NCBI GenBank assembly: GCA_017396465.1
Contig: JAFQLU010000131.1
Span: forward strand, 7,065 to 71,064
From: Clostridia bacterium
GTDB lineage: Bacteria; Bacillota; Clostridia; UBA1381; UBA9506
Length of the DNA stretch: 64,000 bases
Direction: 5' to 3'
The notes beneath the pieces are model-generated. The model was not told the origin of the DNA. It searched no databases and was given only the letters and a program-made list of their open reading frames with translations. Shown here in pieces: positions 29,591 through 39,461 of this stretch (the stretch's first letter is position 1; every line of letters begins with the position of its first letter). The position numbers and the translations under genes are program-made.

Positions 29591-30826
29591 ATGAAAAAAA
29601 TACGCAATATTTCAAAAGATCCGTACCGGAGTAATGAACTGAAAATATATACATCCGATGCGCTGTATCAGGCGGTGCTGTTGATTGCTGTCGGTCCTTT
29701 GCTGCAGACATTTATGCTGGAAATGGGAATAGCGGCAGATGTGGTTTCCCGGACGGTTTCGATATTTCAGGTGGTGCAGGGGAGTATCATGCTTCTTTGT
29801 GCATCGCTGGTGGAAAAAGTGAAACATGTACCCAAGGTGTGCGCAGTTTTAATTCTGAATCCGCTTTTTCTGCTTTTGGTGATGCTGTTTTTCAGTATAA
29901 CAGGAGACCGAAATGCTTTTCCCGGTGCGTATTATATCGTGCTTGCCGGCGGGTGTATCACCAATGTGCTGTTGGGACTTTATAATGTGTTGGTTTATAA
30001 AAGACCGTATCATATCATGGATATGCACGAGTATGGCAGAATTACGGCGAACGGCAGTGTCATTATCGGTATTTTTGGCATGGCGGTTTCTTTTCTTATA
30101 ACATTTAGTCTGGGGAAATTTTCGTTCTTTTCCGTTATCTGCGGATTTTCTGCCGTAGGAACGGTGCTTTTAATATCAGCTTCTGTTATCGCTTCTTCTT
30201 TCCATGAGGTCGGAAACGGCGAAAATATAACAAAACCGCAACAGGAAAAAATCAACCTGTTCCGATATAAGCCTTTTTATATCCTGTTCGTACCTAATCT
30301 GCTTCGCGGAATCAGCGCAGGTGTGTTTGGTGTTGCGGTAACCATCGGCTATTATTTTGGCGTGATGAACAGCATGACCAGCAGTTTTATCAACATTGCC
30401 GTGTATATCGGCACGATTATAAGCGGTGTGCTTTATGTGAGGATTGCAAAAAAATGGGATACTGCCAGAATTATATTGGTGTTTACCGTTTTATCTGCTA
30501 TCTCCCTTCCGATCATGTTGGTAGGAAAATCTGCGGCTGTGTTTGTTGCCGCATATATGGCATCGTACCTGTTTATCCAGACTTTCGGAACAGCAATTCC
30601 TGTCTGCGTGACAGAGTTTGTGGAATATCAGGTGATGGGACGCTACACGGCGTGGCGTATGATGCTTCAGACCGTGGGAATTGCAATCGGCGGTTTTTTG
30701 GTACCCGTCCTTTTAGAGCATATTGGCGGTATCCCGACACTGCTATTTGCCGGCGTGCTGAATGTGCTGACAGGTGTCTCATATTATTGCTATTTGAAAA
30801 GTATAAAAAGGGAAGAAAAGAATTGA
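29591..30826 (+). CDS. MFS-type transporter
   Basis: About 12 hydrophobic segments in two halves; AGGAG RBS before ATG 29591. Confidence 0.8.
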   Translation: MKKIRNISKDPYRSNELKIYTSDALYQAVLLIAVGPLLQTFMLEMGIAADVVSRTVSIFQVVQGSIMLLCASLVEKVKHVPKVCAVLILNPLFLLLVMLFFSITGDRNAFPGAYYIVLAGGCITNVLLGLYNVLVYKRPYHIMDMHEYGRITANGSVIIGIFGMAVSFLITFSLGKFSFFSVICGFSAVGTVLLISASVIASSFHEVGNGENITKPQQEKINLFRYKPFYILFVPNLLRGISAGVFGVAVTIGYYFGVMNSMTSSFINIAVYIGTIISGVLYVRIAKKWDTARIILVFTVLSAISLPIMLVGKSAAVFVAAYMASYLFIQTFGTAIPVCVTEFVEYQVMGRYTAWRMMLQTVGIAIGGFLVPVLLEHIGGIPTLLFAGVLNVLTGVSYYCYLKSIKREEKN

Positions 30827-30851
30827 TTTTTTGTGGGAAGGATGGTATAAT
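30823..30851 (+). promoter_or_regulatory. Sigma-A promoter of the NSS transporter, implying a leader of about 250 nt
   Basis: TTGATT-17bp-TATAAT with extended -10 TG. Confidence 0.65.
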
Positions 30852-30922
30852 TGACATATACGGCTTTTTGAAAAGCAAAAAGCCTGCGAGCAGAACCGCT
30901 CGCCGCAACCTAAAAGGTTGCG

Positions 30923-31066
30923 TATGTCAATTGACGGCGTCGGAAAAATCTCCTTGCAAGCAAAGATTTTTCCTCCTGGTAAAATTGACACAATTGACGG
31001 CGTCGGAAAAATCCCCATAGCTCACAAGGATTTCTGCTCCCGGTAAAATTGGCATAATTGACGGCA
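30923..31066. repeat. Tandem 63/64-bp repeat (two full units and one partial), each unit a long imperfect hairpin
   Basis: aattgacggc at 30929, 30992 and 31056; caattgacggcgtcggaaaaatc identical in the first two units. Confidence 0.85.
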
Positions 31067-31109
31067 TGGTGTCGTCTTATAAATAAAAAATGAAAAAGGT
31101 TGTGAAAAG

Positions 31110-32480
31110 ATGGATCAAAGAGAAAAATTTTCATCAAGACTGGGCTTCATCCTGATTTCTGCAGGATGTGCCATCGGTTTGGGTAACGTGTACCGTTTCC
31201 CGATTTTAACGGGTGCGTATGGCGGTGCGTTGTTTGTACTGATTTACATCGCGTTCCTGCTCCTTTTAGGTCTTCCCATTATGACCATGGAGCTTGCGGT
31301 TGGTCGTGCCAGCCAGAAGAGTATTGCATCGTCTTTTGATGCTCTGGAAAAGCCGGGGCAGAAATGGCATCTGCATAAATACACCGGCATGGCAGGTAAC
31401 TATCTTTTGATGATGTTCTACACTACGATTTCTGCGTGGATGGTCATTTATTTCTGGAAATATCTGTCCGGCTCTATTATGGAGTTTAAAACGGCAGAAG
31501 AGCTTGGCAATGTGTTTGGTGGCGTGGTATCGAGCACCGGTACGCTGACGGCGTTTACTGTTGGTGTTATCTTAGTTTGCTTCGGTGTTTGTTCCTTAGG
31601 TCTTCAGAAGGGCGTTGAAAAAATCACCAAGGTGATGATGATTGCGCTGTTTGTTCTGATGGTTGCGCTGGCAATATATTGCTGTACCTTGGATAAAGCG
31701 GCAGAAGGATTGAAGTTCTACCTGATTCCCTCGCTGGACGGCGTGAAGGAACACGGTCTTGCAACCGTTATCTCCGCGGCAATGGGTCAGTCCTTCTTCA
31801 CATTGAGTATCGGTATCGGTTCTATTGCTATTTTCGGCAGCTACATTTCCAAAGACAGAAGCTTAACAGGCGAAGCTGTTACCATTATGTCTTTAGACAC
31901 TTCTGTAGCATTGATTTCCGGTCTCATCATTTTCCCCGCTTGCTTTACCTATAACGGCGGACAGACGGCAGATGCTTCCACCGTTGGTGCAGGCTTCTTA
32001 TTCACAACGCTTTCCAGCATCTTCAATGCGATGCCGGGCGGCAGAGTGATTGGAACATTGTTCTTTGTATTCATGGTTTTTGCGGCACTTTCCACAGTAA
32101 TCGCCGTATTTGAAAATATCATGTCCTTCTGGCTGGAAAAAACAAAGCTGTCCAGACCGAAGGTTGCCATTATCAATATTTTACTGGTTACAGCGCTGTC
32201 TCTGCCCTGTATTTTAGGATTCACCTATTGGGAAAACATTCAGATTGCAGGCAAGGGCATTATGGACCTGGAAGACTTCACTGTTTCCAACATCTTGTTG
32301 CCTTTGGGTAGTCTTGTGTATGTTCTGTTCTGTACCTCCCGTTACGGTTGGGGCTGGAACAACTATTTTGAAGAGGTGAACACCGGTAAGGGAATCAAGC
32401 TTCCGAAATGGCTAAAGCCTTATTTCTCTTACGTATTACCTCTGATTATCATCGTTGTATTTATTATGTCTGTTTTATAA
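31110..32480 (+). CDS. Sodium-dependent transporter (NSS/SNF, LeuT-like)
   Basis: REKFSSRLGFILISAGCAIGLGNVYRFP, GGALF, GQSFFTLSIG. Confidence 0.95.
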   Translation: MDQREKFSSRLGFILISAGCAIGLGNVYRFPILTGAYGGALFVLIYIAFLLLLGLPIMTMELAVGRASQKSIASSFDALEKPGQKWHLHKYTGMAGNYLLMMFYTTISAWMVIYFWKYLSGSIMEFKTAEELGNVFGGVVSSTGTLTAFTVGVILVCFGVCSLGLQKGVEKITKVMMIALFVLMVALAIYCCTLDKAAEGLKFYLIPSLDGVKEHGLATVISAAMGQSFFTLSIGIGSIAIFGSYISKDRSLTGEAVTIMSLDTSVALISGLIIFPACFTYNGGQTADASTVGAGFLFTTLSSIFNAMPGGRVIGTLFFVFMVFAALSTVIAVFENIMSFWLEKTKLSRPKVAIINILLVTALSLPCILGFTYWENIQIAGKGIMDLEDFTVSNILLPLGSLVYVLFCTSRYGWGWNNYFEEVNTGKGIKLPKWLKPYFSYVLPLIIIVVFIMSVL

Positions 32481-32487
32481 GAATGAC

Positions 32488-32516
32488 GGAAAGCCGCTTT
32501 TTTGAGCGGCTTTCCT
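32488..32516 (+). terminator. Hairpin / probable terminator
   Basis: ggaaagccgct-ttttg-agcggctttcc. Confidence 0.55.
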
Positions 32517-32599
32517 TATCCTGTGAGCAGATATATCTTTCAGGAGTTTGAAAGCGGCGGCAAGGAGATTGAATCGGTGCTACGCAAGTGGAGGCGCAT

Positions 32600-33331
32600 A
32601 TGAAAATCCGGGAAAAACTGTTTATGAAACGGGAAGGGCTGGAACAGGAAGGTCCTATCAATATCGTTATATTCGGCGACAGCGTGAGCCACGGAGCTCT
32701 TGCAAACGGCGAGATGGGGTACGACACCGTGTATCACAACCGTTTGCGGGAAAAGCTGATGGCGGTGCGGAATTATGTGCCGGTTAACGTAATCAATGCG
32801 GCGATTGGCGGCACGAGTGCGAAAGAATCCGTGGAGCGACTCCCGAAGCAGGTGCTTACCCATTGTCCGGATTTGGTTATAGTATGTTTTGGATTAAATG
32901 ATGTGAATGGTACGAAAGAAGACTATCTTTCTTCTATGAGAACGATTTTTGAAGCCTGCCAAAACAGCGGTTCGGAAGTGATTTTCTTAACGCCAAATAT
33001 GCTCAACACCTATGTGGCAGAAGATGTTGCGGAAGTGCACAGATCGTATGCCGCCGTAACAGCAGAGTTTCAGAACAACGGCAGAATGGACGATTATATC
33101 GAAAGTGCTGTTGCTCTTGCCAAAAGTATGGGCGTGGCGGTTTGTGACTGCTACGGAGAATGGAAAAAATTAAGTGAAACACAGGATATCACAATGCTTT
33201 TAGCAAACCGTATCAATCACCCTACCAGAGAAATGCATGAACTGTTTGCGCAGAAATTGTTTGAGATGATTTTGCCGGAGGAAGCGGTAAAGAATATCCA
33301 AAACGACGATTCTATGTTCCGGAAAGAATAA
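32600..33331 (+). CDS. SGNH/GDSL hydrolase
   Basis: FGDSVSHG, INAAIGG, FGLND, NHP; GGAGG RBS. Confidence 0.9.
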   Translation: MKIREKLFMKREGLEQEGPINIVIFGDSVSHGALANGEMGYDTVYHNRLREKLMAVRNYVPVNVINAAIGGTSAKESVERLPKQVLTHCPDLVIVCFGLNDVNGTKEDYLSSMRTIFEACQNSGSEVIFLTPNMLNTYVAEDVAEVHRSYAAVTAEFQNNGRMDDYIESAVALAKSMGVAVCDCYGEWKKLSETQDITMLLANRINHPTREMHELFAQKLFEMILPEEAVKNIQNDDSMFRKE

Positions 33332-33357
33332 ACGGGCAAAACACATGGAGGCATGGT

Positions 33358-33945
33358 ATGAAATTATATGTGATTCGTCACGGCCAAAGTGAATATAACC
33401 TGAAACGGTGCCACACCGGTTGGGCGCAGGTTTCGCTGACGCCGAAGGGGTTTGAGGAAGCAAAAAGTATTTCCGGTTTTTTGTCAAAATATCAGTTTGA
33501 CAAAATATATACCAGCGATTTGCTTCGTGCCAAACAAACGGCGGAAACGGCGCTTCCCGGATGTGTGTATGAAGAAGACGCACGCCTCAGGGAAATTCAT
33601 ATGGGAGAAATTGCCGGTAAAACGGCAGAGGAGTGCCATGAGCTGTTTGGAGACCTTTATGTGGAAGAAAAAACGAAACTCAATTTTGTTCCTTTCGGTG
33701 GCGAAAATGCGGAAATGCTCCGCGCTCGTGCGCAGTCTTTTCTGGACATGCTGACCGAGCGAAAGGATGCATGTGTTGCGGCGTTTGCCCATGCAGGTAT
33801 TTTAAGAAGCATTTTAGAATGTGCGCTCGAAACAACGCTTTGGAGAAAAAACATCAAGTGTGATAACTGCACAATTGCAGTTTTTGAATATGAAGATAAC
33901 AAATGGTATTTCTACGGCTGGATTTCGCCGCAGGAGCTGAGCTGA
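33358..33945 (+). CDS. Histidine phosphatase family protein
   Basis: RHGQS, SDLLRAKQTA, LRE, AHAG. Confidence 0.92.
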   Translation: MKLYVIRHGQSEYNLKRCHTGWAQVSLTPKGFEEAKSISGFLSKYQFDKIYTSDLLRAKQTAETALPGCVYEEDARLREIHMGEIAGKTAEECHELFGDLYVEEKTKLNFVPFGGENAEMLRARAQSFLDMLTERKDACVAAFAHAGILRSILECALETTLWRKNIKCDNCTIAVFEYEDNKWYFYGWISPQELS

Positions 33946-33965
33946 CATGACTGGAGGATGTTAAC

Positions 33966-34907
33966 ATGAAAAAAGTAATGATTTTAAGTATGGTTTTTGC
34001 AATGGTTTTATCGTTGTTTGCGGCGGTGCCGACAAGCGCGGAGGAAAACGTGAAGGTATATTCCTATCGGGAATATATTGATGTTCCGGTCTATTATGAC
34101 CTGAACTGCGACGGTGAAACAGAATCTTTGCAGGTGGATTGCTATTCCAATTACTTCGGATGCTTTGCTCTGGTCATTAACGGTCATAGCTTTGTTACCG
34201 ATATTGTACGCCACGGCGGGTATTCTCACTTTTTCGTGACGGATATTGATGAAAACGATGGGTTTATGGACATATTATTGGTAGGCGAATATAAATCCGT
34301 GTGGCTGGAAGCGTTCCGTTATGATGGCACACAGCTTCTGAAGCGAAACGATATTCTGCTCCTTTCGGATACGATAGATGAGAACACGGAAACGAAGATT
34401 TCCGACATGCAGATTACTGCAGGTGGCGGCGTCTTAACCATTCAATATGGCGAAGAAGCTGTTTCCTATAACGACTTTTCCGTATATAACCCCGTTATAT
34501 ATACAGACGAAATGGTACGGGAAAAGTTCAATGAAAGCGAAATGGATATTTATTCCGTTACGATAGACGGCAAAAAACTGGAATTCGACCAGAAGCCTTT
34601 GAACAAAAATGACCGTATTTTAGTTCCCGTCCGCGCTATTTTCGAAGCTTTGGGCTATGTGATGGAATGGGACGGCGAAACACGGACGGCTCATGCCGTA
34701 AACCAAAAGAATGCCATCAGCATTCAGATTGGAAATAAAAACATTTATTATATGAGGGACGGCGTGCAGGGCGTGTATGAATTAGACGTTGCACCGATCC
34801 TGGTTGCAGGAAGAACCTTGATTCCGCTTCGCGGTGTGGCAGAATGTGCCGGTTGCTTGGTGGAATGGAATGAAGAAACGAATACAGCGGTTATCACAAG
34901 CCGATAA
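33966..34907 (+). CDS. Secreted protein with C-terminal copper amine oxidase-like N-terminal (stalk) domain
   Basis: Signal peptide; RILVPVRAIFEALG and GRTLIPLRGVAE repeats. Confidence 0.85.
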   Translation: MKKVMILSMVFAMVLSLFAAVPTSAEENVKVYSYREYIDVPVYYDLNCDGETESLQVDCYSNYFGCFALVINGHSFVTDIVRHGGYSHFFVTDIDENDGFMDILLVGEYKSVWLEAFRYDGTQLLKRNDILLLSDTIDENTETKISDMQITAGGGVLTIQYGEEAVSYNDFSVYNPVIYTDEMVREKFNESEMDIYSVTIDGKKLEFDQKPLNKNDRILVPVRAIFEALGYVMEWDGETRTAHAVNQKNAISIQIGNKNIYYMRDGVQGVYELDVAPILVAGRTLIPLRGVAECAGCLVEWNEETNTAVITSR

Positions 34908-34938
34908 AAATAGATAATCGAAGCATAGGAGGAAATCT

Positions 34939-36696
34939 ATGGACATTTTTATGATTTTAAGCCTAATTGGCGGTCTTGCCTTGTTCCTGTACGGCATGGA
35001 AATGATGGGCGACGGTCTTAAAAAGCTGGCAGGCGGCAAGCTGGAATCCATTTTGGCAAAGCTCACATCCAGCCGCTGGAAAGGGTTTTTACTGGGCTTG
35101 GTTGTTACTGCGGTGATTCAGTCTTCATCCGCAACCACGGTTATGCTGGTCGGTTTTGTAAACTCCGGTATCATGCAGCTGGGGCAGACCATCAGTATCA
35201 TCATGGGTGCAAACATCGGTACCACAGTAACGGCGTGGCTTTTGAGTACGGCAGATATTCAGGGTACGGCGCTCTTAATCCGTTTGTTCAAGCCGGAATC
35301 CTTCACGCCGATTCTGGCGCTGATTGGTCTTCTGATGACCATGACGGGAAAAACCGACAAAAAGAGAAACACCGGTACCATCTTAATCGGCTTTGCTGTT
35401 TTGATGTTCGGTATGGAAATGATGAGTGATGCCGTTTCCGGTCTGCGTGATAACGAAACCTTTATTAAGCTTTTAACCATGTTCTCAAACCCCGTTCTGG
35501 GTATCCTGGTCGGTACAGTATTTACGGCAGTTATTCAGTCCTCTTCGGCATCTGTGGGTGTTTTGCAGGCGCTGTCTCTTTCCTGTGCAATTCCCTATTC
35601 CACGGCGATTCCGGTTATTTTAGGTCAGAATATCGGTACAACCATTACCCCGATTATTTCCTCCATCAGCGGAAACACAGAATCCAAGCGTGTGGCAATG
35701 GCGTGCTTGTATATTAAACTGATCGGTGTTGTTGTCGTTGTAGGCCTTTTCTATTTGCTGAACAGTTTTATGGACTTTGCGTTTATGTCACAGAATGTGA
35801 GCGCGTTAAGCATTGCGGCAATTCATACATTGTTTAACATTTTATCCACCGTCATTTTAATTCCCTTCTGTTCTGCTATCGAAAAGCTGACGGTAAAAAC
35901 CATCAAAGGAAAAGCTGTGGTGGAAGAAGCGGACGATTTTGCTACATTGGACGACCGCTTCCTGGCAATGCCTTCCTTCGCGGTTGAAAAGTGTAAGGAC
36001 CTGGTGTGCAAAATGGCATCTATTTCCGGTGATGCTTTTGAGAAAGCGGCAAAGCTTTTAGACCATTTTGATGAAGCAGAATTTAATGCCGTAAAAGAGT
36101 TAGAATCCAAAATCGATAAATATGAAGATAAAACCAGCACATACCTGGTAAAAATCGCAGAACACAACATGTCTTCTAAAGACAGTAAAGTCGTAACAGA
36201 GCTTCTGCATTGTGTCGGCGATATCGAACGTATTTCCGACCATGCACTCAGCATTGCCGAAGCGGCAAAAGAAGTGTTCGACAAGGAAATTCAGTTCTCC
36301 GATAAGGCGAAGGCGGATATCCATATCATCAATGCGGCAGTTGCAGAAATTCTTGCGCTGACCGTGAAGGCGCTGGAAACCGAAGATATCTCCGTTGCAC
36401 AGCGCGTTGAGCCTTTGGAGCAGGTTATCGACCGCTTAAAGAGAAAAATCAAGAACGGTCATATCACAAGACTTCGCCAGGGCGACTGCACCATGGAGCT
36501 GGGCTTTATCCTGTCCGACCTTTTAAACAACTATGCGAGAATTTCAGACCATTGCTCCAATATCGCTGTATGCTATATTGAAATCGCAATCGACTCCTTC
36601 GAAACCCATGAATACTTAAACCAGGTAAAATATGGCGGCGAAGGCGGATTCGGCGATATGTATGAAGAGTTCAAAAAGAAATATTATATGGAATAA
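34939..36696 (+). CDS. Na+/Pi cotransporter with PhoU-like domain
   Basis: GGLALFLYGM, two QSSS motifs, GANIGTT/GQNIGTT, ERISDH. Confidence 0.93.
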   Translation: MDIFMILSLIGGLALFLYGMEMMGDGLKKLAGGKLESILAKLTSSRWKGFLLGLVVTAVIQSSSATTVMLVGFVNSGIMQLGQTISIIMGANIGTTVTAWLLSTADIQGTALLIRLFKPESFTPILALIGLLMTMTGKTDKKRNTGTILIGFAVLMFGMEMMSDAVSGLRDNETFIKLLTMFSNPVLGILVGTVFTAVIQSSSASVGVLQALSLSCAIPYSTAIPVILGQNIGTTITPIISSISGNTESKRVAMACLYIKLIGVVVVVGLFYLLNSFMDFAFMSQNVSALSIAAIHTLFNILSTVILIPFCSAIEKLTVKTIKGKAVVEEADDFATLDDRFLAMPSFAVEKCKDLVCKMASISGDAFEKAAKLLDHFDEAEFNAVKELESKIDKYEDKTSTYLVKIAEHNMSSKDSKVVTELLHCVGDIERISDHALSIAEAAKEVFDKEIQFSDKAKADIHIINAAVAEILALTVKALETEDISVAQRVEPLEQVIDRLKRKIKNGHITRLRQGDCTMELGFILSDLLNNYARISDHCSNIAVCYIEIAIDSFETHEYLNQVKYGGEGGFGDMYEEFKKKYYME

Positions 36697-36701
36697 AATA
36701 C

Positions 36702-36794
36702 AAAAAAAGCGGTTCATGGGAGCCGCTTTTTCTGAATATAAATAGGTCTGCCTTTTTCAATAGCCAAAAAAAGAGCTGCAATCGCAGCTCTTTT
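36702..36794. terminator. Two back-to-back terminators between convergent genes
   Basis: aaaaagcggttc-atgg-gagccgcttttt and aaaagagctgc-aatc-gcagctctttt. Confidence 0.75.
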
Positions 36795-36807
36795 CATGTA
36801 TGTTACC

Positions 36808-37734
36808 TTATTTTAAATATTTTGCAACCTCTGCTGCTACTATTTTTGTGATAGCTTCTACGGTTAAGCCTTCTGTGCCGGCTTTGCCGTTACTGGAGAA
36901 CAGTTCCATCTTCTTGGCCGTTTCCTGTTTTACAGCTTCCACAGCTGCAGGAATCAGGTCGATTAAGCCTTTGTTCATGCTGGAGAATCTCTGGAATTCA
37001 GCTTCTACAGCCGCAACGTTGATATCGGTGAAGATATTTACTTTGCTGATACCGTCCTGAATTGCCTGACGGAAATCGTTATCTGTCAGACCGGAGCCGC
37101 CGTGCAGAACCAGGGGAACGTCAACGGTTCTTGCAATGGTGCGGATTCTTTCAAAGTCCAGTTTGGGAGGAAGCTTATATGCACCATGAGCGTTACCAAC
37201 AGCGATAGCTAAAGCGTCCACGCCTGTTTTCTCTACGAAATCTTTTGCCATTTTGGGATCTGTGAAGAACTGGGAAGGATCAGCTAAATGGCTGCTGCCT
37301 TCTGCAGAACCTTCGTTGTCGCCAACGTGACCTAATTCACCCTCGATGGTTGCGCCATAAGAATGTGCAATGTCTGCCATTTCTTTTACTTTACGAACGT
37401 TTTCTTCGTAAGAATCTGTGGAGCAGTCGTACATGATAGAGCTAAAGCCCAGCTCCAGCGCCTTGATACAGGTATCATATGTAAGACCGTGATCCAGATG
37501 CACAACAACGGGCACGGATGCCTTCTTTGCCATGGGGATTAAGTAATAGGAAACTTCTTCTAAAGGACCATAGGGAAGCAGAACTTCCGCAGTACCCATA
37601 ATAACCGGAGATCTTGTGCTTTCAGCTGCTGCGATGATACCGCGAGCCAACTCTAAGTTTACTGCATTGAAAAGACCAACAGCGTAATGCTCTTTTTTTG
37701 CCGGTCTTAATACTTCATTCATATTGACTAACAT
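36808..37734 (-). CDS. Class II fructose/tagatose-bisphosphate aldolase with short C-terminal extension
   Basis: VHLDHG, GFSSIMYD, EGELGHVG, GNAHG, LVLHGGSG, KVNIFT; GGAGG RBS. Confidence 0.93.
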   Translation of the reverse strand: MLVNMNEVLRPAKKEHYAVGLFNAVNLELARGIIAAAESTRSPVIMGTAEVLLPYGPLEEVSYYLIPMAKKASVPVVVHLDHGLTYDTCIKALELGFSSIMYDCSTDSYEENVRKVKEMADIAHSYGATIEGELGHVGDNEGSAEGSSHLADPSQFFTDPKMAKDFVEKTGVDALAIAVGNAHGAYKLPPKLDFERIRTIARTVDVPLVLHGGSGLTDNDFRQAIQDGISKVNIFTDINVAAVEAEFQRFSSMNKGLIDLIPAAVEAVKQETAKKMELFSSNGKAGTEGLTVEAITKIVAAEVAKYLK

Positions 37735-37790
37735 ATGGATTTCCTCCCTCATATTCAAAAGATTTTTGTAATCATATTGTAACATTATCT

Positions 37791-37819
37791 ATTATATATT
37801 AGGATTTGGGAAAAGTCAA
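37791..37819 (-). promoter_or_regulatory. Sigma-A promoter of the aldolase gene
   Basis: TTGACT-17bp-TATAAT with A-rich upstream tract. Confidence 0.65.
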
Positions 37820-37889
37820 GATATTTTTGTGTTTTTTTTGTTTTTTCTTTGTTTTTTTGTGATTTTGACGGAAAGGTACTTAAAAAGCA

Positions 37890-38825
37890 TTATTTAGCGG
37901 TTTTTTGTTTTAAAGCGAGAAGCGCTTTTTCGGCATCTTCCATATGCAGTACCGTTTCCTCCATAGGGCACATGCCGTCGCCCTTTCGGTTCACGATATA
38001 TTCCGAGCAATTGGTGTAGGTAAAAGGAATGCCATGCGCCTTCAGCCATTTCACGGCGCTTTCGCTGACGTTTTCGCCGTAACAGCCTTTCACGCCGCCA
38101 AGTGAAAAAATCATAGCGGCGGCTTTGCCGACGATTTTATCGGCAACGAAAGCATTTTTCAGCTTTCCGCTTTCATGTAAGGCGATCACATGGGCAATCC
38201 CACGGGGTGAATCGGAGGAGATGATCCGGTTGTGCTTTACCACAACGCAGGAAGCGGTTCCGTTTTGAATTCGGGTAATGGCAATTTGCGCGGCGTCGCA
38301 GGCTGGAAAAGTCGGACGGATGCGGCGAACAAGAGTTGGAATCAGAATCAGCTGAATCACAATGCCGGGAAGACCGGTGGCAACTGCACCGACAACGGAA
38401 ATGCTTCCAAGCTGTGTGCCCGAAAGCAGAAGAATGCAGCAGGCGATGCCGTAAGCTACACGCCCCAGAATCATAGATGAAAGCAGAACGATATATAAAG
38501 AAGCATAGCTTTGGTTGCATCGGGACATGCGGTAGAATAATCCGCTTGTAAGACCATAAACCGAAAGCTCACAAGTCATAATCAGCGCCATGGGAAAAAG
38601 GGAGGGCATTCCTGTGAGTATGCTGTTTAAAATGGGGAGCAGCAAACCGCAAAGAAACCCCATCACATGGCCGCAGAAGAATCCGCATAACAGCACGGGA
38701 ATATGCATGGGGAGCAAGATGTTACCCGACATGCCGAAGCCGTGCGCCGTCACAAGGGGAAGGATGATACCCAAAGCGAGAAAAAAGCCTGCCAGTGTTA
38801 TTTTTTTGGAATATGCAGTATTCAA
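37890..38825 (-). CDS. ECF transporter S component fused to a DUF1893 (TM1506-like) domain
   Basis: LLPMHIPVLLCG...GLPGIVIQLILIP, then ADKIVGKAAA...IVNRKGDGMCPME; TTG start with GGAGG RBS. Confidence 0.82.
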   Translation of the reverse strand: MNTAYSKKITLAGFFLALGIILPLVTAHGFGMSGNILLPMHIPVLLCGFFCGHVMGFLCGLLLPILNSILTGMPSLFPMALIMTCELSVYGLTSGLFYRMSRCNQSYASLYIVLLSSMILGRVAYGIACCILLLSGTQLGSISVVGAVATGLPGIVIQLILIPTLVRRIRPTFPACDAAQIAITRIQNGTASCVVVKHNRIISSDSPRGIAHVIALHESGKLKNAFVADKIVGKAAAMIFSLGGVKGCYGENVSESAVKWLKAHGIPFTYTNCSEYIVNRKGDGMCPMEETVLHMEDAEKALLALKQKTAK

Positions 38826-38972
38826 AGAGAAAAACCTCCTGTTTTTTCGGTTGCTCTTTCATTATAACACATGAATCGGAAGAAGCAAAGAAAATTGCTG
38901 TAAAAACAAAAAATTCTTGCTGATTTTTTTAATATATGCTACAATAAAAGAAAAAAGAAAGGATATCCGGCT

Positions 38973-39452
38973 ATGATTACACATCCCTTTCCGCCGCTTT
39001 ATGATGCGGAATCCAAGGTTTTAATATTGGGAAGTTTTCCTTCTGTGAAATCCCGGGAACAGATGTTTTTCTACGGGCATCCGCAAAATCGGTTCTGGAA
39101 AGTGGTGGCAGGTGTGTTTGAAGACGCGGTGCCGCAGACCATAGAAGAAAAGCAGGCTTTTCTGCACAGACATCATATCGCACTTTGGGATGTGATTGCC
39201 TCCTGCGATATCAAGGGAAGCGCCGACAGCACCATACAGAATGTGACGGCGAATGATCTGAACGTCATTTTAGAGAATGCCGATATCCGTCAGGTTTTCG
39301 TCAACGGAAAAACCGCAGAGAAATACTATATCAAATACACGGAAAAGCAAACGGACAGAAAAGCAATCTGCCTTCCCTCCACATCTCCTGCCAACGCGGC
39401 ATGGTCAATGGAAAAGCTGGTGGATGCGTGGCGCGTGATAAAAGAATTATGA
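38973..39452 (+). CDS. DNA-deoxyinosine (hypoxanthine) glycosylase, UDG superfamily
   Basis: LILGSFPSVKS, YGHPQNRFW, LWDV, LPSTSPANA. Confidence 0.9.
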   Translation: MITHPFPPLYDAESKVLILGSFPSVKSREQMFFYGHPQNRFWKVVAGVFEDAVPQTIEEKQAFLHRHHIALWDVIASCDIKGSADSTIQNVTANDLNVILENADIRQVFVNGKTAEKYYIKYTEKQTDRKAICLPSTSPANAAWSMEKLVDAWRVIKEL

Positions 39453-39461
39453 AATTCATAG

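Noticed and set aside
30923-31066. Possible mini CRISPR array (period 63-64 bp)
   Set aside because: The would-be spacers resemble each other and pair with the repeat, there are only two full units, and no cas genes are in the window.
36748-36765. ctgcctttttc match to the MITE right end between two terminators
   Set aside because: Only 11 bp identical with no partner end or duplication; it could be a relic but cannot be supported.
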